Shown in pieces: positions 1 to 11,749 of a DNA stretch of 64,000 nt. Location of the stretch: the NCBI GenBank assembly GCA_965223335.1, contig OZ244991.1, forward strand, positions 416,001 to 480,000, read 5' to 3'. The translations under genes were made by a program, and so were the position numbers. The stretch's first letter is position 1. Every line of letters begins with the position of its first letter. This DNA comes from Thermodesulfobacteriota bacterium (lineage in GTDB: Bacteria > Desulfobacterota_D > UBA1144 > Nemesobacterales > UBA2774). The notes beneath the pieces were generated by a model that saw only the letters and a list, made by a program, of their open reading frames with translations, was not told the origin of the DNA and did no database searches.

Positions 1-648
<648 letters not shown>

Positions 649-725
649 TTGTACATTTGCCCAAACCCAGTACACTTCATAACCTAATATATATAGTTTT
701 TCTAAGTTGCTAACCGGCCATAGAT

Positions 726-2261
726 ATGCGCGAAACGGTATTGGTACTCGATTTCGGTTCACAGTACACCCAGTTAATTGCAAGGCGTGTCCGTGAACAA
801 AACGTATATTCAGAGATCAGACCCTACAATACCCCCATCGACCAAATTCGGGAACTTAACCCCAAAGCCTTAATCCTATCGGGCGGCCCGGCAAGTGTAT
901 GGGACACCGATCCCCCGCTAATCTCACAGGATATTGTTCAGTTGGATATACCCATACTCGGTATATGCTATGGGATGCAGTTACTCATGCATTTGCTGGG
1001 AGGTGTGGTAGAGCGCTCGGACAAGCGCGAATTCGGACCCTCGGAACTTTTCATTACGGCACAAAAGGCTCTGCTCTTTGACGATATCCCCTCAAATACG
1101 AGCGTTTGGATGTCGCATAGCGATAAAGTGCTCGAACTCCCGGGCGAATTTGTGGTTATAGCAAAGAGCGATAATTCGCCAATCGCGGCGATTAAACACA
1201 GAGAGAAACCCATCTACTGCACCCAGTTCCACCCCGAGGTCGTACACACGAAATACGGTTCTCAGATAATATCCAACTTCGTTCACAAAATTGCCGGCTG
1301 CACCAAATCATGGTCACCTGAAATGTTTGCCACCTCCACGATCGAGGCCATTAAAAACCAGGTGGGGGATGCAAGCGCTGTCTGTGCACTATCAGGAGGG
1401 GTGGATTCAGCCGTGGCAGCGCTTATTATGCAGAGGGCCATATGGGACAAGCTCCACTGTGTATTTGTAGACACGGGAATGATGAGGCTAAACGAAGCTA
1501 AAGAGGTCGTTAAAAGCTTTAGAGACATGGGTTTTAACCTACGCCATGTCGATGCCAAAGACCGGTTTCTTAAGAAACTCCACGGCGTATCGGACCCGGA
1601 ACAAAAACGCAAGATTATCGGCAATGAATTCATCGGCATATTTGAGGAAGAGGCCAGTACGATTGATAATGCAGAGTTCCTCGTACAGGGCACCTTATAC
1701 CCCGACGTAATAGAGAGCGTGAGTGTAAAAGGCCCCTCAGCAACTATAAAAACCCATCATAATGTCGGGGGTCTGCCTGAAAAAATGAATCTAAAGCTGG
1801 TGGAGCCATTGCGCGAGCTTTTTAAAGACGAGGTCCGCGCAGTAGGACGTGAGTTGGGGCTTGTGCCCGAGATACTTAACCGCCATCCCTTCCCGGGACC
1901 CGGGCTTGCCATAAGAATACTGGGGGAGATAGATGAGGCTACACTCGACACGCTAAGACTTGCAGACCATATATTCATCGAAGAGATACGAAAAGCTGGG
2001 ATCTACGATGAAATTTGGCAGGCGTTCTGTGTGTTCCTACCCGTACAGTCAGTGGGAGTGATGGGAGATGAGAGGACATACGAGAATGCAATTGCTGTGC
2101 GCGCGGTTACAAGTGTGGATGGAATGACAGCCGGATGGGCCAAAATACCCTACGATGTGCTCGAGAAAATATCTGTGAGAATAATTAATGAAGTAGCAGG
2201 TATTAACCGTGTGGTTTATGATATCTCTACTAAACCGCCCAGTACTATAGAGTGGGAATAA
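726..2261 (+). CDS. guaA: GMP synthase (glutamine-hydrolysing)
   Basis: [28 protein letters not shown]-terminal KPPSTIEWE. Confidence 0.98.
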   Translation: MRETVLVLDFGSQYTQLIARRVREQNVYSEIRPYNTPIDQIRELNPKALILSGGPASVWDTDPPLISQDIVQLDIPILGICYGMQLLMHLLGGVVERSDKREFGPSELFITAQKALLFDDIPSNTSVWMSHSDKVLELPGEFVVIAKSDNSPIAAIKHREKPIYCTQFHPEVVHTKYGSQIISNFVHKIAGCTKSWSPEMFATSTIEAIKNQVGDASAVCALSGGVDSAVAALIMQRAIWDKLHCVFVDTGMMRLNEAKEVVKSFRDMGFNLRHVDAKDRFLKKLHGVSDPEQKRKIIGNEFIGIFEEEASTIDNAEFLVQGTLYPDVIESVSVKGPSATIKTHHNVGGLPEKMNLKLVEPLRELFKDEVRAVGRELGLVPEILNRHPFPGPGLAIRILGEIDEATLDTLRLADHIFIEEIRKAGIYDEIWQAFCVFLPVQSVGVMGDERTYENAIAVRAVTSVDGMTAGWAKIPYDVLEKISVRIINEVAGINRVVYDISTKPPSTIEWE

Positions 2262-2274
2262 CCCCGCAAACAAG

Positions 2275-2481
2275 TTATTTAGGTTTTTTGAAAACCCCGA
2301 ACTCACCCATTAATGATACAAGCTCCCAAGACTGAGCACCCAGTCTATTAAGCTCCGACTCAAGACCGACCCCGATCTTGGCCCTTCTGGACTCAGCAGC
2401 CTCTTTAGACACAGCTATATCGTGGTTATCCGACTGATGGAATAGATTATTGACATTCACAACCTTATATTCCCACTTCAT
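2275..2481 (-). CDS. DUF4177-like small protein
   Basis: MKWEYKVV...LNRLGAQSWELVS pattern; ATGA overlap with upstream ORF. Confidence 0.75.
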   Translation of the reverse strand: MKWEYKVVNVNNLFHQSDNHDIAVSKEAAESRRAKIGVGLESELNRLGAQSWELVSLMGEFGVFKKPK

Positions 2482-2696
2482 TCGGTTTCTTCCCCTTCCG
2501 AAAGTGCTGACTCGGCCTCGGCCTCAACCTGCTCTTCTACTGCGTCTTCACCTTCGAACTCTAGAGGCTCGCCCTTGTCTTCGGCATCATCTAAGCTTTT
2601 TAAATATTTTTTATACTCAGCTTGTGTGATTTTTCCTTCTTTTAAATTCCTGTCCACAATCCTCACGTCGTATAGGAATTGATCTTTATCTTTCAT
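2478..2696 (-). CDS. Small hypothetical protein with acidic tail
   Basis: 72 aa, GAGGAGG SD upstream, coupled to the DUF4177-like gene. Confidence 0.75.
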   Translation of the reverse strand: MKDKDQFLYDVRIVDRNLKEGKITQAEYKKYLKSLDDAEDKGEPLEFEGEDAVEEQVEAEAESALSEGEETE

Positions 2697-2801
2697 GCAC
2701 TAACCTCCTCGGGACTTAAATGATACCTTATCAACTAACATGCGCAACGAATGACAACTGTGATAAGTTGAAATTGCTTGTACACTTATACAACTAAATC
2801 C

Positions 2802-3725
2802 TCAAGACTGTGTTTCTTTAAACCACTGCCAGGTTTTGAGAATCCCCTCATCGATCGGGGTACGGGGTGCCCAATCCAACACTTGATTGGCAAGGCTAAT
2901 GTCAAGGCTTATCCTCTCTACCTCACCATGGCGTGCCTCTGCATACTCTACTCCCACATCTGTTTTTGAAGCTACTTGCAATAACCTCACGAGTTCATTA
3001 ACAGAGGTCTCTACAGCAGTACCAATATTGTAGCTCCCTCGGGGGGCATCCAGAGCCTTTAAATTGGCATCGGCCACATCCTCTACAAAGACGTAATCCC
3101 TGGTCTGCTCACCGTCACCGAATATCTTACAATCTTCACCGTTAAGAATCTTGTTGCAGAATATTGCCACAACACCCGCTTCACCATGGGGGTTTTGACG
3201 TGGGCCGTATACGTTTGCGTACCTAAGCGCCACGTAATCGAGCCCATGCACAGCATTGTAGTACTCTAGATATTTCTCGATCGAATATTTCGACACTCCA
3301 TAGGGCGAGATAGGCATTGGTGCTGTGTGTTCATTTGCCGGTAGATCGTTGGGCTCGCCATATATTGCACCACCTGTGGATGCAAACAAAAATTTCTTAA
3401 GTGAATAGGCAAGGGAAAGTTGCAGGAGGTTAAGCGTGCCTATAATATTTACCTCCGAGTCATAACACGGGTCGTCCACTGACTTCCTTACATCGATCTG
3501 CGCTGCGTGGTGACTGATCACGTCGGGTTTGAAATCTTGAATAACTCCCTCCAACCCATTCTTATCCCTTATATCGAGTTCTATAAGATCGGCCCGGTCA
3601 GGCACGTTTGAACTAACACCGCTAGTAAGGTTATCAATGACCCTTACTTCGGCTCCATTCTCCAAAAACTTATCTGCTACCCATGATCCTATAAAACCTG
3701 CCCCACCTGTCACTAGTATCTTCAA
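2802..3725 (-). CDS. NAD-dependent epimerase/dehydratase (UDP-glucose 4-epimerase-like)
   Basis: TGGAGFIGS, YGVSK (YxxxK), RYANVYGPRQ; TTG start. Confidence 0.92.
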   Translation of the reverse strand: MKILVTGGAGFIGSWVADKFLENGAEVRVIDNLTSGVSSNVPDRADLIELDIRDKNGLEGVIQDFKPDVISHHAAQIDVRKSVDDPCYDSEVNIIGTLNLLQLSLAYSLKKFLFASTGGAIYGEPNDLPANEHTAPMPISPYGVSKYSIEKYLEYYNAVHGLDYVALRYANVYGPRQNPHGEAGVVAIFCNKILNGEDCKIFGDGEQTRDYVFVEDVADANLKALDAPRGSYNIGTAVETSVNELVRLLQVASKTDVGVEYAEARHGEVERISLDISLANQVLDWAPRTPIDEGILKTWQWFKETQS

Positions 3726-3885
3726 AATACCACCCCTATAATAATGAGATCAAGCTAATATTTACTCCAATTTCTACTGTTGTCAATTAAGACGTGATAT
3801 TTTGAAACTTGGAATTATTACCGAACATAGCAGCCATAATTATATAATCTGCTTTAACTCATTAGGTTAAGTTGTGAACTTAAAT

Positions 3886-3925
3886 TGACAAATTTTGTCA
3901 TGACAAATGAATACAAATAATGTCA
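3886..3925. promoter_or_regulatory. Putative enhancer-binding-protein sites (TGAC-N7-GTCA)
   Basis: TGACAAATTTTGTCA at 3886-3900 plus partial copies at 3901 and 3911-3925, about 60-100 bp upstream of a sigma54 promoter. Confidence 0.6.
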
Positions 3926-3985
3926 TATCGAATTCCCCAAATACAGTATATAAATGATTACGGTAGGTTAAAACCTCTAGATATA

Positions 3986-4001
3986 TGGCATAAATATTGC
4001 T
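3986..4001 (+). promoter_or_regulatory. Sigma54 (-24/-12) promoter of the sigma factor gene
   Basis: TGGCATAAATATTGCT: GG-N10-GC, followed by GGAGG and ATG 4027. Confidence 0.8.
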
Positions 4002-4026
4002 TATATAGCTATCGGAGGTTAGTAAA

Positions 4027-5246
4027 ATGGATCGAGACCATATAAATCAAGTTAAGGGTGAGATGTACAACCAGGAGTTAAGCGACAACGGAACCTATAA
4101 CTCACAAAACGAAATCTACAGCACCGACAACTTCGACAGTCAAAACGAGTCGGAAAACACAGAGAACAAATCAAAAAAATCCAATAAAAATCAAAGCATA
4201 CCGGACGACGATTACCGTCTGCTCCAGACCTACTTTAAAGACGTAGGTACCGAATCGCTGCTCAGCCCTGCACAAGAAATTCAGATCTCTACAAAATTAA
4301 AAAAATACAAGGCCAATGCAGATAAACTCCAGGATATCCTAGACTCCATCGAAAAGAGCAAAGACAGAGCTACCACCATCAAAAGAGAACAGGTTTGCAA
4401 GTGTAACGTTGAAGAAAGGAAACAAAAGATCTCTAAACGAAAAATTCTAAACTCTCTGTCAAAAGAAAGAACCGAGAGACTAGCGGCTCTGCAAAGAGCG
4501 TATTCGAACCACGAGAAGTTTTATAAGAGCAAATTCATAAGGTCCAACCTGAGGCTTGTAATTAGCATTGCCAAGAACTACATCGGCAGAGGACTCCCCT
4601 GGCCGACCTCATTCAAGAGGGCAACATAGGGCTTATGAAGGCGGTTGAGAAATTCGACCCCACAAAAGGGTACAGGTTCTCGACCTATGCCTCTTGGTGG
4701 ATTATTCAAAGCATTACACGCTCGCTGTTTGATCAGACCCGTGTAATAAGAATACCCGTCCGAGTACTCGAACAGGCCAATAAAATTACCAGGACCACAA
4801 ACTACCTGCGTAACGAAAAAGGTAAAGCCCCCAAGCTGGAAGAGATCGCTGACCAGTCAGGGCTAAGCGTTAAAAAGGTAAAAAAAGTTATGAAGGCCAC
4901 ATCCACAAATGTTGTCTACGTCGATGCCTCAACCTCTAACACAGAAGACGGCAAGAGCAGCTTTTTGGACTTTATACCCGACAACAGACTTCCTACAGAC
5001 TCACTCATAGCCAAGGTGACTATGAACGAGAAAATCGAGGAGGCGCTCTCAAGCCTAAGCGAAAGGGAAGAAGACATACTGAGGATGAGGTTCGGGATAG
5101 GTTATGAAGACTACTACACACTCGATGAGATCGGCACACGCTACAGCCTCACTCGCGAGCGCATACGCCAGATCGAAAGACGTGCTCTAAAGAAACTAAA
5201 GCAGCAGGAAACAGGCGCTCTTCTAAAAGACTTCATCTCCTGCTAA
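4027..5246 (+). pseudogene. RpoD/RpoS-family sigma70 factor, split by a 1-nt frameshift (real or sequencing error)
   Basis: ORFs 4027-4629 and 4635-5246 join as [38 protein letters not shown]...[10 protein letters not shown]...RERIRQIE if one C is added to CCCC 4596-4599 (406 aa). Confidence 0.88.
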
Positions 5247-5273
5247 GCCTGTGTATAGATAGTACACACAGGC
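5247..5273. terminator. Stem-loop between convergent genes
   Basis: GCCTGTGT...ACACAGGC inverted repeat right after the sigma gene stop; no long U-tract. Confidence 0.45.
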
Positions 5274-5296
5274 CTTACACGCTGTATCTAAAAGTA

Positions 5297-6295
5297 TTAG
5301 TCCGGTCTGAGAGCTATCATGGATTCTCTCACCATTTCTCTCGTAGTTTTTGGTGGGAAGAGCAGTATGGGCAAGTCACATACACCGTTACGGTACTCCA
5401 TTAACTTTGATTTAACACTAGACGGGTCACCTGCAATAGACAACGAGTCAAGCATATCATCACTGACATGACTAATTGCTCCTTTCCTATCCTTATTCCT
5501 AAATAGTGAAATAATCTCATCAACCTCGGATTCAAAACCACAGTCCGAAATCACCCTCTTATAATAGTCCCCCATAGAGCCTATATAGTACGCAATGTGC
5601 TCGCGCACCAAATCTTTTGCAAGTTCCGTGTTTTCGGATACACACGCCGTTATATAGGGGCTTACAAAAACACTGTCTTTATCCCTGCCGGCATCTGTTG
5701 CAGCCTTTTCTAAATCCTCGACTAGCAACGGCATCCTATCTATAGGGACAAAATAGGGCAGCCATCCGTCTGCAATCTCACCCGTAAGCTGTATGTTCTT
5801 TGGACCCAAGGCAGCTATGATAATAGGCACATCACTCCTAAGTGGTTTGAACTGGAGCTTAAAGTTTTTTAGGTTAAATACCTCGCCCTCATAATTAACA
5901 CGCTCGAAGTTGAGTATCTTGCGTATGATATCGATCGTCTCTCTGGTCCGCTTAAGGGGTTTATCGAATTCCAACCCGTGCCAGTCCTCGATCACCGCCC
6001 GCCCGCTTGTACCCAGCCCGAGCATCATCCTTCCCCCGCTCACCTCGTCAAGGGTAGCAACTGTTTGAGCAATAAGTGCAGGGGTACGGCTGTACACAGA
6101 GATTATTCCCGTGCCGAACTTGATCTGCTCTGTATTAGCAATGAGCAGAGCTATGATGGAGATAACGTCCCTACCCCACATCTCGGGCATCCAGATAGAA
6201 TGGTAACACAAGTCCTCGGCCAGTTTCCCGAACTCTATCATCTCAGACTTTGTTATATCACTCCAGTAAGGCAGTACTAAGGCGACTCCCGACAT
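5297..6295 (-). CDS. LLM-class flavin/F420-dependent oxidoreductase
   Basis: SIWMPE, RTPALIAQTVATLDEVSGGRMMLGLG, AALGPK, ADGW motifs. Confidence 0.9.
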   Translation of the reverse strand: MSGVALVLPYWSDITKSEMIEFGKLAEDLCYHSIWMPEMWGRDVISIIALLIANTEQIKFGTGIISVYSRTPALIAQTVATLDEVSGGRMMLGLGTSGRAVIEDWHGLEFDKPLKRTRETIDIIRKILNFERVNYEGEVFNLKNFKLQFKPLRSDVPIIIAALGPKNIQLTGEIADGWLPYFVPIDRMPLLVEDLEKAATDAGRDKDSVFVSPYITACVSENTELAKDLVREHIAYYIGSMGDYYKRVISDCGFESEVDEIISLFRNKDRKGAISHVSDDMLDSLSIAGDPSSVKSKLMEYRNGVCDLPILLFPPKTTREMVRESMIALRPD

Positions 6296-6419
6296 CTAAG
6301 CTCCTCCGCGTAAATTCAAGATTGTAATAATTAACCTTACACTATTTAGGGCTATTTAACACAGACCCATCTCCGTATTATAATACAGATTCCAATTCTA
6401 AGCTTCGGAGGAGATTCCT

Positions 6420-7385
6420 ATGGACACACTACAAAGCGCAGCAGAGATCGCCGTTAGAAACTGTATGGACGTAAAACCGGGCGAAACAGTGCTCATAATC
6501 ACTGACGAAGCGCTAAGGAACATTGGGGTAATACTGTGGGAAGCCGCCCAAGCACACGGTGCCGAGGCCATTTTTACCCAGATAATACCCCGGCAATCAA
6601 ACGGAGAAGAACCCCCGCAGGCAATAGCGGAACTCATGCTCCATGCAGATGTCATACTGGTACCGACCTTCAAATCGCTAAGTCACACCGATTCCAGGCG
6701 TAATGCCAGTAAAAAGGGGGTAAGGATCGCCACTCTGCCGGGAATTACCGAAGCTACTATGATAAGAACCCTAAACGCTGACTACAACGAAATAGCTCGT
6801 AAGAGCGATACACTGGCAGGTTATATTAATAGGGGAAGCACTGTTCATATCGCTACTGAGCTCGGCACCGATATCACACTCTCGGTAGAGGGAAGGGACG
6901 CACTGTCCGACACAGGTTTAAACCACAACCCCGGCGACTTCAGCAATCTACCTGCTGGCGAGGCCTTTGTTGCACCTATCGAGGGCACCTCCAACGGCAC
7001 AATCGTCATAGACGGCTCTATGGCGGGAGTAGGTCTATTGGAAAGCGACAATATCACTATCACAGTAGAGGACGGCTACGCCACCCGGATCACGGGGGGT
7101 AAATCTGCCAAGAAGCTTCTCTCTATCATGGAGCCCTTTGGCAAGCTTGCATTTAACGTTGCGGAACTGGGTATTGGCACTCACGACAAGGCCATCATCA
7201 CAGGCAATGTACTTGAGGACGAAAAGGTTTTTGGCACCATTCACATCGCGTTTGGCGACAACAAGAGCATGGGTGGAAACATTAGAGTAGCAAGCCACCT
7301 AGACGGAGTTATTACAGGGCCCACACTGTCTGTTGACGGTGAGCTTTTGATAGACCGTGGCACGCATCTAGTATTCGAGACCTAA
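6420..7385 (+). CDS. Aminopeptidase (M29/aminopeptidase T-like)
   Basis: NLPAGE, AELGIG, DEK..GTIHIAFG, SHLD metal ligands. Confidence 0.88.
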   Translation: MDTLQSAAEIAVRNCMDVKPGETVLIITDEALRNIGVILWEAAQAHGAEAIFTQIIPRQSNGEEPPQAIAELMLHADVILVPTFKSLSHTDSRRNASKKGVRIATLPGITEATMIRTLNADYNEIARKSDTLAGYINRGSTVHIATELGTDITLSVEGRDALSDTGLNHNPGDFSNLPAGEAFVAPIEGTSNGTIVIDGSMAGVGLLESDNITITVEDGYATRITGGKSAKKLLSIMEPFGKLAFNVAELGIGTHDKAIITGNVLEDEKVFGTIHIAFGDNKSMGGNIRVASHLDGVITGPTLSVDGELLIDRGTHLVFET

Positions 7386-7421
7386 AAGAAAGTGTCTAAG
7401 ACGTGTGGTAAATTTATATAG

Positions 7422-9674
7422 ATGGATAACGAACTTAGCAGGGTCGTGTTTTTAAACTCCCCCGGCTACCTAGAACTCCTGCTTCTAACCATATTATTCG
7501 TAGCACTCCTATTCGGATCTTATCGGAGCACTAACTCTCTTAACTCGCTCAAGAAAAAATCGCTTATCCTGACACTTCATACACTTGCCTTCTTACTTGC
7601 GGCCGCCATAGTACTAAACCCCGCAATCCGGACCGAAAACTACCTAAATGAAAAGAAAACTCTAGCAGTGTTAATCGACCAATCCTACAGCATGAGTCTA
7701 GCAGGGGACACACAGGGCGCTACACGCCAAGAGCTCCTTCAACAGTACCTGTCAGAGAACAAAAATTATATAAACGAACTAAAGAAACACTATAATATCA
7801 ACTACTTTAGTTTTGACAGCACGGTAGCTCCGTTGACAGAAGGCATTGATCTATCCAATCCCCCACTGGGGAAAAAGACCGACATAGCAAAGAGCATAAG
7901 ATCAATAACCGAGCAAAGGAACATAAAGGGTGTTGATGCCGTACTGCTATTTTCAGACGGTGGTACTCAAGGTACATCCGCAACCTCAGAACTAAATAAA
8001 GGCAGTAAGGTAAACATCCCTATACACACAATCTACACGGCTACGGAAAACCACATGGCTGATCTTTGGATCGACAAAATCCAGGCAAGCGAGATCTCTT
8101 ATCTCCGCTATCCGTTTAAAGTAAAAGCGGTCATCAAATCCGACGGCATAGATTCAAGTGCCATCCCCGTAACACTCTACGAAGGGGACAAGATAATATC
8201 TATACGCCAGGCAAACCTCGACCCCCTAACATCAAAGGGCGAGGTGGAGTTCGTGTTAAACCCCAAATCGCTTGGGAAAAAGGTCTACACAGTATCCATC
8301 CCAAACCTCTCGAGTGAACTGATCAAGGAAAACAATCAGAGGTCATTTGCCACGGACGTGATTATCAACAAGATCAGGATACTGCACGTAGCCGGCAGTC
8401 CGTCGTGGGACGTACGCTTCTTTAGAAAGCTCTTAAAACGTAACCCCAACGTGGACCTCATATCGTTTTTTATACTGCGTGACGCTTCCGACATAGTTTA
8501 CGCATCCGAGAATGAACTAAGCCTTATCCCCTTTCCCGTTAACGATATCTTTGGCACCGAATTAAGTACATTTGATATAGTGATTTTCCAGAATTTCCAG
8601 TATCAGCCCTATGGGATATTCGGGTTCCATCTGAAAAATATCAGAGACTTTGTCGTAAACGACGGCGGAGCTTTTCTAATGATCGGAGGAGACAAGAGTT
8701 TTGAGAGCGGCAACTACGGTAATACCCCCCTGGCCGACATCCTGCCGCTCGATATGGACTATATACCTAGGACACTAGAGGAAACGATTGTTAAGGACAG
8801 CATCGATATCATGCTTACTGAGCTTGGCAAATCACACCCTGTTACACAGTTAAGTACTGATGCGGGTGAAAATGTTGGTTTGTGGGAACAGATGCCCGAC
8901 CTCGAGAGCCACAACCTGGTACGGGGACCTAAGCCGACTGCTCAAGAACTCCTGCAAAGCCTTGCCGGCGATACCGTTCTTGCCATCGGCAAAGCCAAAT
9001 CCGGCAAAACCGCATCTTTCCTCTCCGATTCCTCTTGGAAATGGAGTTTCGAGCGCAATCAGAAGCACAATTCATCCCCGCACTATGTAAAATTCTGGAG
9101 CAGGTTGCTTCGCTGGCTTGTAAACGATCCCGATCTTAAAAATATCAGGGTAAAGACAAACAATAACCACTACAACAGCGGGGATGTAGCGTCCTTCGAT
9201 ATTTGGACTTTGGACAAACGTCGAGCACGCGAAGATATAACAACAGAGCTTACACTGCCCGACGGAACGAAATCAACACTAGAAATTGAATCGGACTTAA
9301 AGAAAGGGTTCAGTACGGATTTAACACTCACCGAATACGGAACATATAAATTGAGCGCCTCAACCCCTGAGAGTTTCACACAGGGTGACGACTCCAACGT
9401 ATATGAAACACTTTTCTTTGTAGGACCCCCGACCGCGGAGCTAAAAGGCACCTCACTCAACAGTAAAAACCTAGCAGACATCGCCAAACTCTCGGGCGGC
9501 AGTAGTATCTCGATAAAAACCCCCCTCGAGGCAATTAATATTGACCGATCGCCCAAGAAATCCATCACTGGGTACAGCACCAAAAAGCTGTGGGTCACCC
9601 CGATTCTGCTTGGAATCATAATAGCCCTTTTATCCGCAGACTGGTTCCTCAGGAGACGCTGGGGACTAAGGTAA
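7422..9674 (+). CDS. Membrane-anchored vWA plus glutamine-amidotransferase-like domain protein
   Basis: N-terminal TMs, DQSYSM MIDAS-like motif, LFSDG, GGAFLMIGG, C-terminal TM ending DWFLRRRWGL. Confidence 0.8.
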   Translation: MDNELSRVVFLNSPGYLELLLLTILFVALLFGSYRSTNSLNSLKKKSLILTLHTLAFLLAAAIVLNPAIRTENYLNEKKTLAVLIDQSYSMSLAGDTQGATRQELLQQYLSENKNYINELKKHYNINYFSFDSTVAPLTEGIDLSNPPLGKKTDIAKSIRSITEQRNIKGVDAVLLFSDGGTQGTSATSELNKGSKVNIPIHTIYTATENHMADLWIDKIQASEISYLRYPFKVKAVIKSDGIDSSAIPVTLYEGDKIISIRQANLDPLTSKGEVEFVLNPKSLGKKVYTVSIPNLSSELIKENNQRSFATDVIINKIRILHVAGSPSWDVRFFRKLLKRNPNVDLISFFILRDASDIVYASENELSLIPFPVNDIFGTELSTFDIVIFQNFQYQPYGIFGFHLKNIRDFVVNDGGAFLMIGGDKSFESGNYGNTPLADILPLDMDYIPRTLEETIVKDSIDIMLTELGKSHPVTQLSTDAGENVGLWEQMPDLESHNLVRGPKPTAQELLQSLAGDTVLAIGKAKSGKTASFLSDSSWKWSFERNQKHNSSPHYVKFWSRLLRWLVNDPDLKNIRVKTNNNHYNSGDVASFDIWTLDKRRAREDITTELTLPDGTKSTLEIESDLKKGFSTDLTLTEYGTYKLSASTPESFTQGDDSNVYETLFFVGPPTAELKGTSLNSKNLADIAKLSGGSSISIKTPLEAINIDRSPKKSITGYSTKKLWVTPILLGIIIALLSADWFLRRRWGLR

Positions 9675-9745
9675 GCATGTAAACATTGATTTGACCATAT
9701 AAAGTCGGTACATATTTACTGACCAAATCATATCAGGGAAACGTA

Positions 9746-10510
9746 ATGCTGCTTGCAATTGACATAGGCAATTCCAACATCGTCTTCGGTATATTTGATA
9801 GCGAGGATCTGATCTCTCACTGGCGAATTGGCACAGACAAAAGCAAAACCGCCGACGAGTACGGAATACTTTTAAAAAACCTCATAGATCTAAGGGACAT
9901 TAAGGACCTCAAAGTTACTCGTGCAATCATTGCCTCTGTGGTCCCCACTCTAAAGCCTATTTTTGTAGAACTTGTTAAAACATACTTCACGGAAAACCAG
10001 CTATTGGTAGAGCCGGGCACAAAAACCGGTATGCCGGTTCTATACCATAACCCCAAGGAGGTGGGTGCCGACAGGATTGTAAATGGAGTTGCTGCCTATG
10101 ACCGCTACAAAAACAGTGTAGTCGTGGTTGACTTCGGCACTGCTACTACGTTCGACTGCATCTCAAAAGAGGGGGAATATCTGGGTGGCCTCATAACACC
10201 CGGGCTTCATATTTCGGCCGAAGCACTGTTCCAAAATGCATCTAAACTCCCCAGGGTCGAGGTCAGCAAACCTAAAACAATAATAGGCAAAACCACGGTA
10301 GAGAGTATTCAATCAGGCATAGTATACGGGTACGCCGGGCTTGTGGACGGGATTGTAAAAAAGATCAAGCTCGAACTGGACGATAATTGCAATGTGATCG
10401 CAACAGGTGGGATGGCGGAGCTTATCTCTTCAGAGAGTGAGACCATAGAAGATATAGACGAGTTCCTCACACTCAAGGGACTAAGGATTATAAGCAATAT
10501 AAATGACTAG
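9746..10510 (+). CDS. coaX: Type III pantothenate kinase
   Basis: IDIGNS, GADR, VDFGTATT, ATGG, LTLKGL. Confidence 0.96.
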   Translation: MLLAIDIGNSNIVFGIFDSEDLISHWRIGTDKSKTADEYGILLKNLIDLRDIKDLKVTRAIIASVVPTLKPIFVELVKTYFTENQLLVEPGTKTGMPVLYHNPKEVGADRIVNGVAAYDRYKNSVVVVDFGTATTFDCISKEGEYLGGLITPGLHISAEALFQNASKLPRVEVSKPKTIIGKTTVESIQSGIVYGYAGLVDGIVKKIKLELDDNCNVIATGGMAELISSESETIEDIDEFLTLKGLRIISNIND

Positions 10511-10880
10511 ATTTACCGTATTTAAACACCTAACCGACCACACTCACACAGATTTAATCATAGAAGTAAATTCCGAAACAATCTCCTTACTACTGCCAAA
10601 AGGCCTGCCTAGGGAGCTCGGCAGCAGAAAGCTGGCCATCGAGACTGAGGAGGTGTTTGAGAACTCAGATGAGTACAAGGGCCACTATGGCCAAGGCACA
10701 TCGGAAGTGGTCGACACTGGCGAGCTCAAACTCGAGTACCAAAATCAAAACAAAAAGATATTCCACGCCACAGGAGATGTTTTCCGGGGCAGGTTTATAC
10801 TACTGTTGCCGAGTTGGGGGCGGTGGACCCGACACACTCTATGGACACTCGAAAAAATCCCCCCTCAGCCCAAACTTTAA
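10503..10880 (+). CDS. Stand-alone LigD 3'-phosphoesterase-like domain protein (degenerate)
   Basis: RFTVFKH..HTDL..LPKGLP..RKLAIETE..YGQG..VVDTG parallels the LigD PE-domain pattern; overlaps the coaX stop. Confidence 0.6.
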   Translation: MTRFTVFKHLTDHTHTDLIIEVNSETISLLLPKGLPRELGSRKLAIETEEVFENSDEYKGHYGQGTSEVVDTGELKLEYQNQNKKIFHATGDVFRGRFILLLPSWGRWTRHTLWTLEKIPPQPKL

Positions 10881-10975
10881 GCTTCTATACGAAATCGGTG
10901 TTATCGGCAGGTTTCGCGATTGACTTGTTACCGAACTCTATGTAATAAATTCAAACTCTTAAAGGTGGTGATGGT

Positions 10976-11749
10976 ATGTCCAAAGAAACTGCATTAATCA
11001 CAGGGGCCTCATCTGGAATCGGTATGGAACTGGCTCGACTCTTTGCCCAAGACGGCTCGGACCTCGTTGTGGTCGCACGGCGCGAGGAAAGGCTTGCAGA
11101 ACTTGCCCAGGAACTTAACGAAAAGTACGGTGTCGATGTCAAGGTACTACCCAAGGATCTATCGAAACCCAAAAGCCCGAACGAAATATTTAAAACACTC
11201 AAGAAAGAAAAAATAGATGTAGATGTAGTCGTCAACAACGCTGGGTTCGGTGCAAGGGGTTCAATCGCAGACATAGAGACCGATACCCAGGTAGACATGG
11301 TGCAGGTGAACGTCATGACGCTTACACACCTCACATCACTTTTTTTGCCCGGGATTATTGAAAGAAACAGGGGCGGTATACTAAACGTCGGTTCACTTGC
11401 GGGGTTTCAACCAGGCCCCAACTTAGCAGTTTATTACGCCACCAAAGCATATGTACTCTCATTTACAGAAGCCCTGGCGGAAGAGGTTGTCGGCACTAAT
11501 GTTAACGTATCGTGCTTGGCACCCGGACCTGTAAAGACAGAGTTCGGCTCAAAATCGGGTTTGGAAGATTCGCTTTTGTTCAAGATGAGCCTTATGGATG
11601 TAGAGAGTGTTGCGAAAGCAGGTTACAAAGGTTTTCGCAATGGTAAAGTAATAGTTATACCGGGCCTAAAACAACAGGTCACACCGTTTTTAGTGCGCCT
11701 CACTCCCCGCTCGTTGGTCAGAAAAATTGTAAAAAGCATTCAGTCCTGA
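10976..11749 (+). CDS. Short-chain dehydrogenase/reductase
   Basis: TGASSGIG, NNAG, YYATK. Confidence 0.93.
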   Translation: MSKETALITGASSGIGMELARLFAQDGSDLVVVARREERLAELAQELNEKYGVDVKVLPKDLSKPKSPNEIFKTLKKEKIDVDVVVNNAGFGARGSIADIETDTQVDMVQVNVMTLTHLTSLFLPGIIERNRGGILNVGSLAGFQPGPNLAVYYATKAYVLSFTEALAEEVVGTNVNVSCLAPGPVKTEFGSKSGLEDSLLFKMSLMDVESVAKAGYKGFRNGKVIVIPGLKQQVTPFLVRLTPRSLVRKIVKSIQS

